DNA from: Laetmonice hystrix
Taxonomy: Eukaryota
Direction: 5' to 3'
Assembly (NCBI GenBank): GCA_965235115.1
Contig: OZ249437.1
Location: 29,078,001 to 29,142,000, forward strand
DNA length: 64,000 nucleotides
Part shown: positions 37,901 through 52,900 of the stretch, piece by piece
Layout of the letters: each line of letters begins with the position of its first letter
How positions within the stretch are numbered: position 1 is the stretch's first letter
Program-made: the position numbers and the translations under genes
The notes under the pieces: generated by a model
Told to the model about the DNA's origin: nothing
What the model saw: the letters and a program-made list of their open reading frames with translations, nothing else
Databases searched by the model: none

Positions 37901-40900
37901 CCATGTTGTCAAATTATTAATGCTTTCATGAGGTTCTCCTCGATAGGCCATACTGATAGTAAATAACAACAGTAACTGCTTCCAAACATGATACCCTTTG
38001 AACCCAAGTGTCTCCTGCTGAGTCTCCCCCCCCCGTCGGAGTCATCGGATATGGCTGCATCCCCGATGGCTGCAGCCTAAACAAATGAACGGTGACTGCA
38101 TTACTGTTCAAATGTTTCGAAACGAAATACCTGTGCAATATTTATTGCGCCGATGCAAGAACGTCTTGTAGCATGCCTTGTCACAGGCAGTTTTATGGCA
38201 GGTAGCGTGGACATAGAGATCATGTTGCACTGAGGCGAACTGAAGTCACTGAGGTAAGAGCAACATGGTTCCAGCCACCTGAATTATAAAGGAGAGCCTT
38301 TCACTCGGCTGGTTCTACAAGGTCGTTTTTCAGCTCTGCAGTCATTTACACCCAGCAACTCAGTATAAACTTACGTGCAAACATAACTGGGCCGCGCACT
38401 TACTCAATGTACAATTAAGGCAAATCCTATCACTGTGTTTTCTACAAAAGAAATCCAAATTCAACTGAACATGATATCAAAAATATGGTTCAGCATGCTA
38501 TGGTGGTAGTATCGTTATTAAGGCTGGTAGACTCCACTGATACGCCTTACGGCTGACTTGATAGGACCGCAGGCATTTAATATTGTAAAGATAATGAGGC
38601 TTTAACAGCCCCCACTGGGTTTATGCCACCTGTGTTTTGTACCTTTCTGCCACCAAGCAAATGGCGAGGATGAGTTATGAGAGATATAATTGATGAACTC
38701 AGACATTAGTCCAGGTGGGCATGATGTATGCCTTCCTCTTCCAAACATGGAATGGCTCTCATAATAGAACCTTCTTATGAGCGTCGTCTTAACAGCTGCA
38801 GAGACATTACGGATCCTTTCGAGCTAAAGCATCATCCCTTCATACATCTAAGCAGGATTAGGAATGCATTGTTCTCATCGCTTTTTATGCCATAGCATAG
38901 AATGTGTCATCCTTTAAAGGTGACATGAACAGATAAAGAACAAGGATTTGACAGTAGTCTTTCTGGCATTCTGACGCTTTGTTATTTGTTCATTGTGCAC
39001 GTGTGTACGGGGAATGATGAATATGAAATTTCTTTTTGCTGAGAATGTATTCTCTTTCACAGTCCGTGCCTAATAAAGCTTTTCAATTAGCAGCAGTGTA
39101 CGTACATTGTAATCAAGGCAGCCGAACTCCAAATGAGACCAGATTTGAATTATAAGCCTCCGATTGTCTCTGAGTTTCTGTGTTCGAATTTTCCCTGTGC
39201 CTTTTTTTTTCTGTTTTGTTATCATGGTCACCAGAGTCAACACCAAATTTCATCTTCTTCAAGGCGGTGGCAGGGGGAAATCCTTGCAACGTTAATTCCA
39301 GTCCATGCTTTTGATCTTGAGTCATGAAATGGTCATTGCCTTTGTCGGTTCAAAGGAGGTGAGGGGACAAGAAGAGGGAGTGGCCACAGCGGGGCCCGGG
39401 TGGCTGGTCGTGGAACTGGGCCACCACATCTGAGGCAGCGGGACTTGCGCAGCCGACGCCTGTCACGGAACGGAGCACGAAATCGTTCCAGTCTGACACA
39501 TCATCTGTCTGCGAAGAAGGACATTGATCTAGCTTAGTATGGTGTGAAATGATCACTCCCTACACGTCATCTACATCCCCTCTCAAACCAGCGCTTGTCT
39601 TTAAGAAGGTGCGACTCTGACTGCATGAATTTAAGTAGGACGTCGACACTCGTCTATAGGCGTGATTTACGGATAGACTCCCTATAAAGGCATAATATGG
39701 CTCGATCTAGAATTAAAGGTGACCCGCAGATTACAAATGTGTCGCTTCCTGCAGACAGCAGATTTGCAGCTCTTTGGTGGCCAAACTTAGTGCTCATTAC
39801 TTGGGAGGTTGTGTGATGAACGGATGTTCAAGGGGACAGGTGTGACATCAGTGGCGGGGGTTCCGAAGCCATCCAACCAGGATAACGGCCACCGTCAGAG
39901 TATCAGAGGTCTGATTCGACTAAACGTAGCTGCCCCGGCTGCCTGCCACTTGATCACGCCACCTGATGGAAGGTCGGTATACGATGACGGTCAAAGTGAA
40001 GAAGGGCAAGGCTTCATTGAGCCGGGTCGTCAGCCAGCGTGATGGCCACATGCAAACATCATGAAGCCAACATACCTGGCTGCGGCTCATCAAGGCCCCA
40101 TCTGGAGTCGGGCGTCTAATCTTTCCATCTGCACTTACTGAATTGGCGGCGGAAAGGGGAACTCGAGACATGGGGGTTTGACCCGTTCCCTGAAAGGGCC
40201 AGGCAGAGGTTGCTGCGGTGTATGTGGAACTGCGCCGGCTATGACCTTTTCTTGAGTCGTAAATGGAGGTGATCCCAATAAGAGGGGGAGGGTTTTTTTT
40301 CGCCACAGCGCCTCATCCCCGAACACCAGGTGTGTCGTCGGCCTGAACGGTCTCTTAACCTACATTAACGGGATGTCCTTCAACCGGAGATCATATATAC
40401 CATATGCTACTCAAGCGCTGCTGTCGCAGCCCCATGACGAGCAGACCTCGCTTTATTTTTTCGCACTTCAGAAAAAAAATCCACTTCAGGTCGATCGTAA
40501 TTGCCATCCACGCGCCGTTTTGATGCCTTCACCAGGCAAATCTCTGACCACATCAAGACTAGCAGCTCGACCTCGTTTCATGTGGAATTCACTGCGTGGG
40601 CCGTGCTCGAAGGTCAAAATTAAAAGCGTGAGTCATGACACATTGAAGTACCTTACAGTAAACTATCAACACAATGTACGGACATAAAAGTGACGCTGCC
40701 CAGAAAATATAATATGACGGGGGCTGCATATATGTGAAAATATATGGAATACTTTTGTGAACCCTCCCCTTTATGACCCCGGATTAGACATAACAGGGAT
40801 AAGATTGACGATGAGGGTAATTGATAGGGTCGGGTTCCTCACAGTAGGGTCGCCATATCATCGTACACAAATGTCAGTGTTTTCATGCTAAAGTTTGTCT

Positions 40901-43900
40901 CTTTGTCCAAACACTGTCCGATTGTCAAAAGGGCCGTAAAGTGCTGGAGCACATGGCCTGTGACATTGGGATCCCAGGAGCGGCCGGCTCACTCAGATAG
41001 CATGTCATTACACGGGGGTGACGTACCTAGTTCACGATCCGCGTGTAGGCAATGTGCCCTCATAGAGTAGTGCGGCCGTAACCCAGGGTCATGTGGCGGG
41101 GCGACACTCCCCAATAATACATCTCCCCAACGCACAGCGCCCCCGTGGTCCCCAAATCATATTAACCTGCCCAGCACCGTGTCAGGTAGGCTTGAAAGCC
41201 TGTCCGCCGCAGTGCCTGCTTTCATGACTGGACTTAATTGGTCAGTTCACCTGGACAATGGGAAGATGGCGATGAGAAGTGCTGGCCCGCCTCCTGCCTC
41301 ACTAGCAGGACAGGCTGTGGAAGGGGAGCAAGTGAGGGGGTTATTGATGGGACGGGCTTGCTGTGTTTCGCCTATGTCGTAATGGTATTTGAACAAGTTG
41401 ATGAAGAGGCTGGATTGAATGCTGCTTCTCGCAAAGGCAATTAGACAGGTAGATGTAAGATAGGGTAACGTCTATCCATGTTCTCCCAATGGACTAACCC
41501 TGTTTGTGTTTCTCAGCCTTAGCTAGGCGCAATCCAGGGCCCGAACTAACCACAGTCCTAGCTGCTACTTTGCCATTCCAGGCACACTCCAAATGCCAAA
41601 GACAGCCAGGACGACTGTGTTTTTTATGTCTGCGTTTGCAGCACTACACTTGAAAGGAACATAATAGGATTTGGGAGCACACAATCAGATCTGGAGTGAA
41701 AGGACTTGTACCCACCGTATCCGACCAAAGTTTGGTATTAGGAGCTCCCCTACATGCCCGAACAGGTCAGCCCTCCGGTGCCTCAGACCGACGGGTTAGG
41801 TCTGAGCTATGTGACAATATTATATCCAGCTTGTGCACTGAAGGGGTGGAACGAACTTGCAATGTCTATAGGGTGTTGCTAATATTCTGAGTCTAAAAGG
41901 AAGGTACGCCATACAAACTTTTTGTAATTTTGTCTTTATTAGGCCCTCAAGTACTACTTCAGTGTTCAGTGTTTCTCGACTGAAATAGACCAGAGTTAAT
42001 GGCCTGTTTGCACACAAGTTTCTTTACTGTCATTTCCCGATGGCTTTTGTGGGATTTAAGGCACTCATAGGACAGGTGCTCCCTTTACATCCTCGATATG
42101 CTGCCAAGTACTTACATGTTATTATCTATAACGTCATGCAACACTGCTCAGATGAATATAATTATTGCATCATGCAACAAACAAATTGTTTAAAATGGAA
42201 GTAAAAAATATGATTATTTCTCATAGAATCTTCATACGATGAATTGTCTATTGTCTTATAACCGACTTTGTTCAGCAAGAGTGATCCCGAAGAGTCTAAA
42301 CGAATGAGAAAAAAGGTCCTTTAATTCTCGGTATACCTCCCGCCAGTGCCCTCATATGATGGACTATGCCTTTCGTGGAGCTAGGCACAGATTGGCCAGC
42401 CTTATTCCATACTTAATCCACCAGAAGAGTACTGGTTTGGTTCAGCCATGGTTAGCCGCAGCATATCCGATCTCTGCAGAATAATAACTGCCCGTTTAAC
42501 AACGAACTACGTTTGTTTTCTTTCTTGTATGGAGAGTCGAGGTCGTCTCACAGAGACTGGAGATATCTCTGATGGAGGAGATAGGTAACACCATACCATA
42601 CGTCACACCAGCACATTTCAAACAAGTTTGTTCCAAGAATTGTTTATAAAAAGACTGATGCCCTCGTTTTCAGTCGTACGGGCGTGGGGGCGAAAGTTAA
42701 GTTGAACTCCTGTGACGTCAATGCTGCAGATCGGATTACGAATCATCCATGTCATTAGGCCCACAAATTGTTATGATTTCGCAGGATCAGGTACATTAAT
42801 ATGATTAATTTTCTTTCACATTAATGCCGGCATTATTCGCTACATATTTACCCAGGTCTTACGTGGGTTATTTGTTTGAATAACATAGGCAAGCACGCAG
42901 GGCTGATTCATCCGTGCCATATGCCGTGATAATCTGATTAAGGTATTAACCTGTATAAGACATCAAATTAAGGTAAACCACAAATAACATTATTCTCGTG
43001 GTTGTACGTTTTTCACACAAACCATTCAGCAAAACCCATTCTTGTTAGGAGCTTGAGATAAAGTCTGGTAATTCCACCTGATTCCACCTTTTAAAGATTT
43101 CAATGAATATATTTGAAAGGGCACTGGAGAACTGCTCGAAACCAGAACTAAGTGTTTGTGCTGATTCAGCCTGTTGACTCTATAGCATATCGAGAGTACG
43201 GAGCCCCGGAGGGGCCACAGGTGTAAAAAAACAGTTATACATTCTTTCGTTTCCTCAAAGTCTTTTTCTGGAAAGGAAATAACATACTTCGTTACCTCGA
43301 AAGACCATGTCGAACTTAGTTCAAGTTCTCAGAATTATGTTATTTCGTTCCCACTAAATGATTTCGAGGGAACGAAATATGTTTTTTCGTTCCCTCAAAA
43401 TGATTTCAAGGGAACAAAATAACATATTTCCCCACCACCTATGTCCCGTTAGGATGTTTGTCTCATTAAATCGGCGTGTACTGATTCAGAATGGTTTCCT
43501 TTTAAAAAGGTGAGTTGTGTCTCAGACACTCTCAGGTACCTGACCGTGGTGACAGAGGTCTCCCTGGAATCACTGAGTGGCATGTAGAATGCCGCGTCTC
43601 GAATACCATCGTCCTTCAACCATTCTCCTCGTGTATCCCGGTTAAACCAGCCCGGACAGCACTCAGACCCGATTGTTGAGTTTTCATTTATCGTCTTTGT
43701 CAAGTTCTCTGACCTTCTTCACAGATCACGGAGGCATTATCATTCCTACACAACTCGGAACAGATGCTTCATGGCAATGTGTGTCCTGAGAGTATCCTCA
43801 TCAACCGCCGTGGAATGTGGAAGCTGGCAGGGTTTGGCTTTGCCGAGAAGGCTCGTGAAGGAAGGGTGAGTATCCCTTTCTACTGTACTACTAGCTAGCT

Positions 43901-46900
43901 CTACCATAGCAACCTCTCATCCTTAGTTTAATAGTGACATTCCTCGATCCACCTGTTAAACCGCTCCATGGTGGCACAAAAGGTCCCCAAGCATGCTAAT
44001 GGAAATCACTTACAACTGGATTGTGATCGTTTTTGAAATCTATGGCTTTCACCAACGGCTTGAGGTTTGGGCCAAAATTCGATCCGTGCAGGTAAAGCTG
44101 TTTTTGTCCATCATTTCTGTGAGCAGTTGACAGACATAAACATAAAAAAATGTGAACAGATATTTGAGATTTTAGTAATTTGTGGATGATGTCGATTTGT
44201 ATTTAGTGTTTGCTCGTTTTAAATGTGTGACAATAAAGATAAAATTTTCTGGAAATTGGTGATACAACACGTAACATGCCGTTGAGTGATTTACGAAAAC
44301 GTGATGGGTGTTACCGCATATTTCAGGACGACGATAATGTCAGAGGAAATGGTCCCCAGGTTGCCTTACTGCCTTCCTGTAGCACATTGCCTAGTACAGT
44401 ATGTCTGGTATAGGCGTTGCCTATAAGGACAATAGACTGCGCGGAGAGTGATAGAAAGAGTATACTGATTTCAGTGTAGCTGCCTTTGTCCCCCCTCTTT
44501 CTCTCATTTCGCATGGGTGACTTCAGCGGATGTGATGGGGAACATTAGTGTTGTCAGCTGAGGCCCTGCGATCCTGTCTATGGTTACTAACTCGGCTACT
44601 GGAGCCGTTCACGACATGAGCTTGTCCAGGTGGTGTGATGTAGACTGTAACCCAATCGTTGACAGCTCTGTAAAAGTCAGCATCCAAGTTTCATGATCAG
44701 TGCCAGTATAACCTCGCCATGGAAAGATTGCAGCAGCTTGGTACTCGGACGGGATGCAGTGATCTCGCTAGTTATCACTGTGGCTAACTGAACAGAGTTT
44801 TGATGAGCCACATTTATGCCTTATTATCCACAAAATAGCAATCATCAGTCATTTGTATAAAAAGGTGTATTTCCCCATGTTCATTGTGTAACACCACCAG
44901 TCTTGTTCATGACTTAACACAGGGTTCCCAGTGGTCCCATATTTTTAATATTTTGTCACATTATATAAAAATTCACATTTTTGAGACAATCCCTTTTTGG
45001 AGCTGGCTACAGCAGCACCTTTCCGCAGGCCTACTAATCACAGATGGACTGACAGCTGGCTCGTACCAGAAACCTCTCCTCAAGCTCACACCTGCTCCAG
45101 GTTTGCCCCCCCCCCACACACACACACACACTCAACACAATCCCTCCCACCCACCTCCACTCACAGGCCACAACACCTTCCAATAAGGGAGGCACGTGGC
45201 ATTACATGATGAGTTTGAGACACAGGTCTACAACTTGGTAGGGTCAGGGAGACACAGACCACATCAGGGGGTCAGCGGCAGTCTTGAGTGACATAATTGG
45301 ATAGGTGGACCGGGAAGAAGTCGCCAAAGTGGCGATCAATTAATTAAATTTATTAGCCACATTGCAGTTCTGTTCGCCTATGGCGAACTGTCGAGCGGCT
45401 AGCGAGATCCCTGGAATGGCCTTTGCACTGCTTACAGAGAAACAAAATTACCTCATTCAAGGCAAAGGTAACGGTAGGAGTTATCGCGATGAGATTGAGA
45501 GCAATGCCAAACGACCCTAATGTCAAACAGTAGCGCGCCACTGAGAAGCATCAAGTTTAACGGGTGGCACGAACTCAACACCCAAACCGCACCTGAACAC
45601 ATCGAACATATCCCGATAGAGTTTATTGAAAGGTTTCATGTGTGTCTGGAATAACTGCGTCACAAAGTTAATTTAAGCTTAGATTTCTATATTACCATAC
45701 CCAATATCAGTATCAATATTTTGTGATCTTGTTGGATCAAAGGTCATTGTCCAGTATCAAAGTCTGTGTCAGAAAGGTGACAGTCTGGAAGAACATGTCC
45801 AACTTTATGACGATTTTAGAAACATTGATTAGCAATGTAATGAAACTGGAACTGCCGGTGTATGATAGATACTTCAAGAAGTATATATTCCACTTTCATT
45901 TCACGCTGAAAGACGCTGGTATGTGTGTTGTTATACATGTGGTATTATACTATCTCCGCCAAGAGCCGACCAGGCTGACCGTGTGGCGGTTGTGGCACTG
46001 TGATGTCTGTGGGCTCTGTAGTCCAATAGAAAATAGCAACACCGTGTGGCTTTGTTGTCAGAAACGGAACGTGCCGCCAATCATCTCAAATTGTTCCCTT
46101 GTAACACTGAAATGCTTTTAATTTCTAAATACGAAGTCATTTTGATAGCCAGCACCAGCAGTTGTTAGAGTGGTGCTTGAAATTGTCGGGCCGATCAGAA
46201 CTGGAATCTGCTTGGATGGTCCATCTGTAACTTTATAGATTACAACTTTACTTTATCAAATATGAATTAATTAGAGCATATTATATATTATCATTATCTA
46301 AAAAGAGAAATAGTAAATATCTTTACTCATCAAGGGTTGGCATTATGAGATGATTTGGTAACTTATTGTATCATTCTAACACTCTGTCAGTACACAGCTT
46401 TCATCGCTGGCGTGTTCTACTCTCCAACTGACGTCACATTTGCTTTCATTATTCATTTCCTCTTACAGAGGAAATGAGATTATGAAACTTATGTTATCTT
46501 CTTTTCTTGTTATTGTCGCAATAACTCGGCGTAATCTTCAGACAGGGTGTAATATACTATGACCAACTGTCCACATAAAGTAGCACATCAAGGAACGTCC
46601 TGTCAGGTTTTTTGGCGTAATCTTCAGACAGGGTGTAATATACTATAACCAACTCTCCACATAAAGCAGCACATCAAGGAACGCCCTGTCATGTTATTTT
46701 ATGAGGAAGACGGGGGTGTCCGTTGACTAGGTCGTAGACAGAACAAATAAAGGCAGGTCAACTATCTTTACGCAGGTAACTTATGAATGGCTGCTTAATA
46801 ATCTTTACGCATAAAATTAGTCACCACTAAGCCACATCCCAAAAGTCGCTTCAAACGGAAAATCACTCATTAATAATTTAACTTTGGTTAGTAGGTATCC

Positions 46901-49900
46901 GGACGACCACGTATAATACATGCCACATCCGTGGGATTATTTCGAGCGACGATGAAGAAAGGGATCCTCTTGACCATTTATAAGGGAATTATCATAAACA
47001 TCCCTGCCCTGAGTTAAGACGGCTGCTGTGTTTGAGGAGGAACATGTTATTCCCAGCTGGAAATATGGCACTTTTGATGAGATAGGAGTTAGAATGTCTT
47101 CTTGGACCATTAAATATTGTACATTGATTGACATGTGCCACAGGGACTATAGAAAAAATTATGGAGGATTTGCCTGCTGATTACCGCAAGAGGATTAAGG
47201 CTGAAAATAGGCCTGTCATGATGATAAGCCCTCGCAAGAGGGATTATGATATGGCTTAATCATTTTATGGTGCAAATGGCGGTTGGAAGCAAGCTGTGTT
47301 TACAAATTAATCTGCATCATGCTTGGTTATATTTTATTCTAAAGATTTCAGGATTACCTCATGCTTACATCGTAATTGTCAGTTGAAAAGCGATCGGTCG
47401 TCATTATACTTCAAGCTATATGTGCATGTCAGCATCTTACACAGACAATTACAATTGTATTTTCCATTTATCAAAACCAGGCAATGATAATTTTATCTCA
47501 TATGTCATGGTTAAATATTTCTTTAAACCGTTTAAATTGAATATTGTCAGTAACGAAACGGTACATAATATTACTTCCTGACACCAAGCCGTTTTCGCAT
47601 GGAGGCAGCTGGTAGGGATGAGAACCCACTGAACCATCCTCCAGTTGTGGCAGATGTTGTGTCATTCATCTACGCCCACTGAGTGGTTAACATGCGTCGT
47701 GTTAACAAACAGCAGAGCGTAGGGCCTCCCGTATTTTATATCTCCCCAGCACAAACACTGTCCGGTCTTGTACGCCAGCTAGCAATGGATCATGGCTAAT
47801 CTCCCTCAAGGCTCACCCCATATCCCTGTGAATAAAAACACGTCAGGAGGCAGAACGTCTTGAGCTATTTCGCATCAAACTGCATATTTACCCTTCCTTT
47901 ATACTGGAGACATGGAATCAGAATAGATGGTGTATCTTGTTATAAGGGCAACTATAACCCAAGAACTTGCACTGACAACATGCCTGTAATCGATGCCATC
48001 TTTTTGTAAGTCCCTAGTGTAACTTTTTTTCTCCTCCTAAGACGTTATGCAAACTTTGATTTGATATATAGGTGTAATAAGGTGCCTACGAGTAATGTTA
48101 CATACCTGGCTGATTGCATTAATGTCAGGAGTCAGCCCGAGTTATGTTACCTCCTTCACTTCATCAGACAGGGCACGATGATCATAGATCACCCTTCCCA
48201 CCCCTGGCTGACGTAGAGTAGGGCTGCAGGTTATGTGCTCCTGGCGTGTCCCACAATAATTCGGACTTAGGCCTAATCAGTGCCGGAATGAGACCATGGT
48301 GGCACCCTCGGAATCTATATAGCAAGACGAGGGTTAACATGAACGCGCCCGATCGAACGGACGGATCCAAAGTCCTCTAAATAGTGTCTGATACGTTTTT
48401 AAAATTCTATAAAATGGTTTTTCCCATAAAAAAGGGTTGATTAAAGGCATGTGTGGCCACGTGTTGACTGATACTATCACCACACCATGAGAGTGTCGCC
48501 CAGTGAGGCCCGGTTTCAACTTGTTCTTTATGACCACCGGAAGAGCTGATAGCTGGAGTTGGGGCCGGATCAAGTCCTCTGAAAGCAATCGGCACTTTAC
48601 CTGGGTGCATAATTATCTGTCTACCCATATTACTTCTCTGGGCCGTATCTATAGTGCGTGTCTATAGTGCGTGGGTGTCGTGTCTGACATATTCTGGTTA
48701 CATATTGCTTATGGCTCATAAATATGACGCATGATGAAGAAAAATTAAGTTTGAGATTGGTTTTATTGAACTGTCTTTTTATTTGAAGTCTAAACGATAG
48801 GCCTACTATCTATTTTGTGCCAGACTGTACACTGATAAGTACAAGTGACCAACTATCGTATCCTCCACATCGTTGTTTTTTTGAACGTGTGATGCAGAGG
48901 TTTTTTTTGCACGGCCTGTAAAATCAGTCTTGCCTGGCCCCCAATAGCAGGTACTTAGCCATCCTTTATGTGTCGCCATCATTGGTGGGCATGCGCACTG
49001 GCCTGATGAAACGGAGGCAATCTGCCGGGTCTGACTGCATCAATAGGTGACCCTCCACCGGCCCGAAAAGCTGTTCAAACGAGCTCGGCTGGATCAATGC
49101 CACAGCTTGATCCATTTTGATCTGATGCAAGGCTTAAAGCCGCTGATACCGAACGGTTGGTGTGTGAGATGGTAACATTTCGAACTGACCAACCACCGAG
49201 CACCGATGGGCAATGTGTTCTGCATTTAGGTTGGTATGGCAACGTGTAGGAACTACTAAAGATGTGGTGAACATTTCAGGTCGAGACCAAGGTCAAGGTC
49301 ATGGTCGAATCTTGAGAATAAACTTTGGGACTGCATATACTGGCTTCTAAACGCTAGGAGATTTGAAAAATATAGGCCTACCGGTTGCAGTCTATAAATA
49401 ATGTATGTGGCTTCCTCATGATTAGTGTATCAAAATTGTATTTTGTACGTATGAACTGCCAGAACAATTGCCACAAAAGATTTGATAAGATGGCGTATTT
49501 TTCTGGTTCAATACTGTTTTGGCCCGCCCAAGTTATAGCTGAGATGTCGCTCAGTGCCAGGGTGGTTTGTGGCCGGCTTAACCACCTGACCGAGTGAGCT
49601 TAGCATCGATCGTAGATATACCATGTAATACTATCCATGGATCAGCACCACATTAACCACATCTAGTCCTCTGGTTCTTTATCCCAATGCTTCATACATG
49701 TTTATGCTAATAGCATATCGTGAGTATGGTGTTAATGCAATTATATATGTTTAAAGACATTTGTAGGGATTTATTTTCTTGTTGTATTCATGTCACCTCA
49801 CCAAGAGTAAACCTGAGCTGATACGACAATTTCCAAATGTTTGCATGGCGAGAATGTTTCCCAAACCTTCTGCTTTCTTATCACTTTAACTAAGTCCCGT

Positions 49901-52900
49901 AAATTGTGACTTAATAACCAAAAAGATTATATTGAAATATGTCCACGAAAAGTATTGAAAGTCCGGTACATCGGGCAAAGGTCCTGTCATCCATAGATAC
50001 CAGTCAGAATGTGTACCTTGACTCTTTTGTCCATGTGTAGGATTGACCACATCAATGTAATCTTACTAGGGGCCTACCACCACCAAAAAAAATAAATCCA
50101 TGTCAAAATTGGTCCATTCCTAAAAATTATTTCCGGTATGGATGAGACGCGATTGGTTTGAATAAAGGAAGTATGTGACTAAAGAAGTAAATAAAGGTTA
50201 AAGTATACCAAAACCTTAGATTTGTTGTATGTCTATGATGTTTACTTTTAAATGAATCGATGAGTGGCTGAATTTGTTTGATATTATGGCGTCTTTTGAC
50301 AATATTTGTGTTGGTAACTGGAACTAATATGAATTGTATATGCTTTTTGAATGTTGTCTTTACAAATGAATCGTGAACTCTCAATGTTTCTTCATATGCT
50401 GAATATGATTAATTTAATCTCGAATATTTTCATATCTTGCTTTTAAACTAGTGAAATAAAATTGTCGTTATGGAGGACATATTTCAGTGGCGGATCCAGG
50501 ATTTCTGGAAAGGGGAGGCCCTATTGGTGGATACCCGGTGGCCCTTTTTTTTTTTGGGGGGGGGGGGTCTGAGGAAATTTATTTTCAGGAACGCCGGAGA
50601 CGTGTGTTCTGAACACTTGGAGTCAAAATTTCTCCCAAATCTTTCAATGGAATTTCATTATTTTTATGCGTGAAACATAGAAAATAGGCAAGAGTTTGGG
50701 AAATAGGGTAGGCCCGGGCCCCCTGAATCCGCCACTGCATTCGGTCAGATTCACAATCACTATTGGCGCACGGTTTAAGATGGCATATCACAAAGAAAGG
50801 TTTACGAGGGTAGCATGACCGAATATCTCACTATAATTGGGCACCAATTCTATGCCAGTACCTTTTTTGCAACATTTATTAAATTTCTCCAAATCTCAAA
50901 TATCTCTTTACCCTAGCCAATGCCATGTCTCTCAAATTAGAGGGAGTAACTGAGTGACATAATATCTTCACTGAAATATGGGTCATTTTGTACACTTTCT
51001 GTTTCCTAACAGGACTCATTTCAATGTGCAGCCTGGACTAACAAACATCCGAAGATGGCCCAGCCGGACCTGGACTTCATGGCTCCGGAGATTCAGATGG
51101 AGCCGGGAAAAATGTGCACTGTTCTCTGTGATATGTACAGTCTTGGTATGGTCATCTGTGACATTTATAACAATGGACGCTCACTCATACAGGCCAACCA
51201 TAATCCTAACACTTATGCAAAGAAGATCGAGCAGGTAGGTTGAAAGGGTCGCGACTTCACTCAGGTTTTATACGAAGTGCTATTTAACTCTGATACCTTC
51301 AAAGCCGAGAGAAGACATACTCAAGCTAATCAGCGTCTCGGATAGCGAGGAGGGAGTTTGTCTTCTGGGGGGTATCCCAGAGGATTATCACTTTCATAAT
51401 TCTTAACTTTAATAAGCTCGTTAATTATGATGACATGGGAAGAAATCCTCTTTGATTCGCTTTTCATATAGATAACATCAGGTGTTGACGGTGGTTAAAA
51501 TATACCGGCTTCAACCCGCCAGAACATCTCCGCCCCCACGTTATTAAAATGGCAAGTGTTGAAAGCTTTACTTTGAGACATAGGCTGGCAGACTGAGTGA
51601 CGTTTGTGTATCGCTTCCCAGATGACAGAGTTGTTCGGAGAAGTGGCTCACCATATGCCCTTGCAGCTCGTGGAACCCGTAGAAAAGATGATCAACCGCG
51701 ACATTCGGTACCGCCCGACGGCCCAGCTCTTTATGTTGGTGAGTAAACCCCTGCCAGCCACAGGCCCTCGCCTTTCTCTCCAAAATACCTCCAGTATACA
51801 GTACGACCCAGAGAATAAACTTATGGTTCATGGTTCTTTTATCAGAATTATTTCTGTTCACACTGACATTTTACCCTTTTAAAACAGCCCTGTGAAGGCG
51901 AGCGTCAGTTTCATGTTCCTCTGCAAGCGCGCCATCAGTAAGCAACAACAAAAAATGTTTCTCAAATTCATCAATGGTGTAAAACATGTGCTGAGAAATG
52001 AGACGTCCTGTGGGACCTAATCAGGCAGCCCCCGGGCTGTAGCGGCCCCTTGGAATTAGAAACCAGAGTGCTTGCCACGCATTGTCATTCTCCCTAATTG
52101 GGAAGACTCCAAAGTGCAACAATCAGCAGATATCACTCTTTTCGTCGGTTGAGCGTCAAGTTTTGAATGCAATCATAGCCGTGAGAGGCATCGAAATCAA
52201 CTTGGGCTACCCAGAGAGAGACTCTTGAATGGTTAGCCGAGGACACTCCAACATCAGTAAGGGATCTGACCAAAGTCAAACCAGGCACACCGGTTCGTGA
52301 GCTGGCAGTATCTATTCTTCCAATCACAGCACCCTGACGTGTGGTATACATAGGCCTTTATCTGTACGAATACCCAAGGGGAACTCAAGCAGACCAGACC
52401 AAACGGTGCTGGTGGCCATTTTAAGAAAACCCGTAACGTTCTATTAAATTCACATACCCGAATTTGTCAAAAATGTGACAAATTTTGATATTTGAGAAGG
52501 GAGTGAGTTCATTTACACCCATTCTCACTCATGCTTTTTTATAGTTCTTAAAGAGAATCCTGCAGGAAATTCAGGTTAATGCAATCAATTCACAAATAAA
52601 TCTAATTGAAAGGCTACCCGGAATGTTTTTCTATCAATTGGGCACCTTACCGCATCGATATCGACAAGTATTGTTTTGTTAAATATAAAATAATAAAAAC
52701 TATAGATCTGGAAGCACGCACGCCACTGGCCATACCATATATGGAACTTGACTCGAACATTGATAAGTCCGCGTCAGTAGTGCTGTCCCGGTGGTGTGTG
52801 CTTGACATGCTGTATCACATTCTATCGCGTCTGATCTAGTTCAGAATCGGGCGCGATGGCCGCTCGGACGGCAGATTCTCATACTCAAGGCAAAAATATA

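Noticed and set aside
39113-39556. Two same-frame minus ORFs separated by one stop; CLRCGG as a possible zinc knuckle
   Set aside because: The knuckle His/Cys are missing, the frame runs through low-complexity T-runs, and no domain is recognised.
49530-49600. tRNA A-box-like sequence on the minus strand
   Set aside because: No B-box or cloverleaf; no tRNA, rRNA or SINE head could be supported anywhere in the window.
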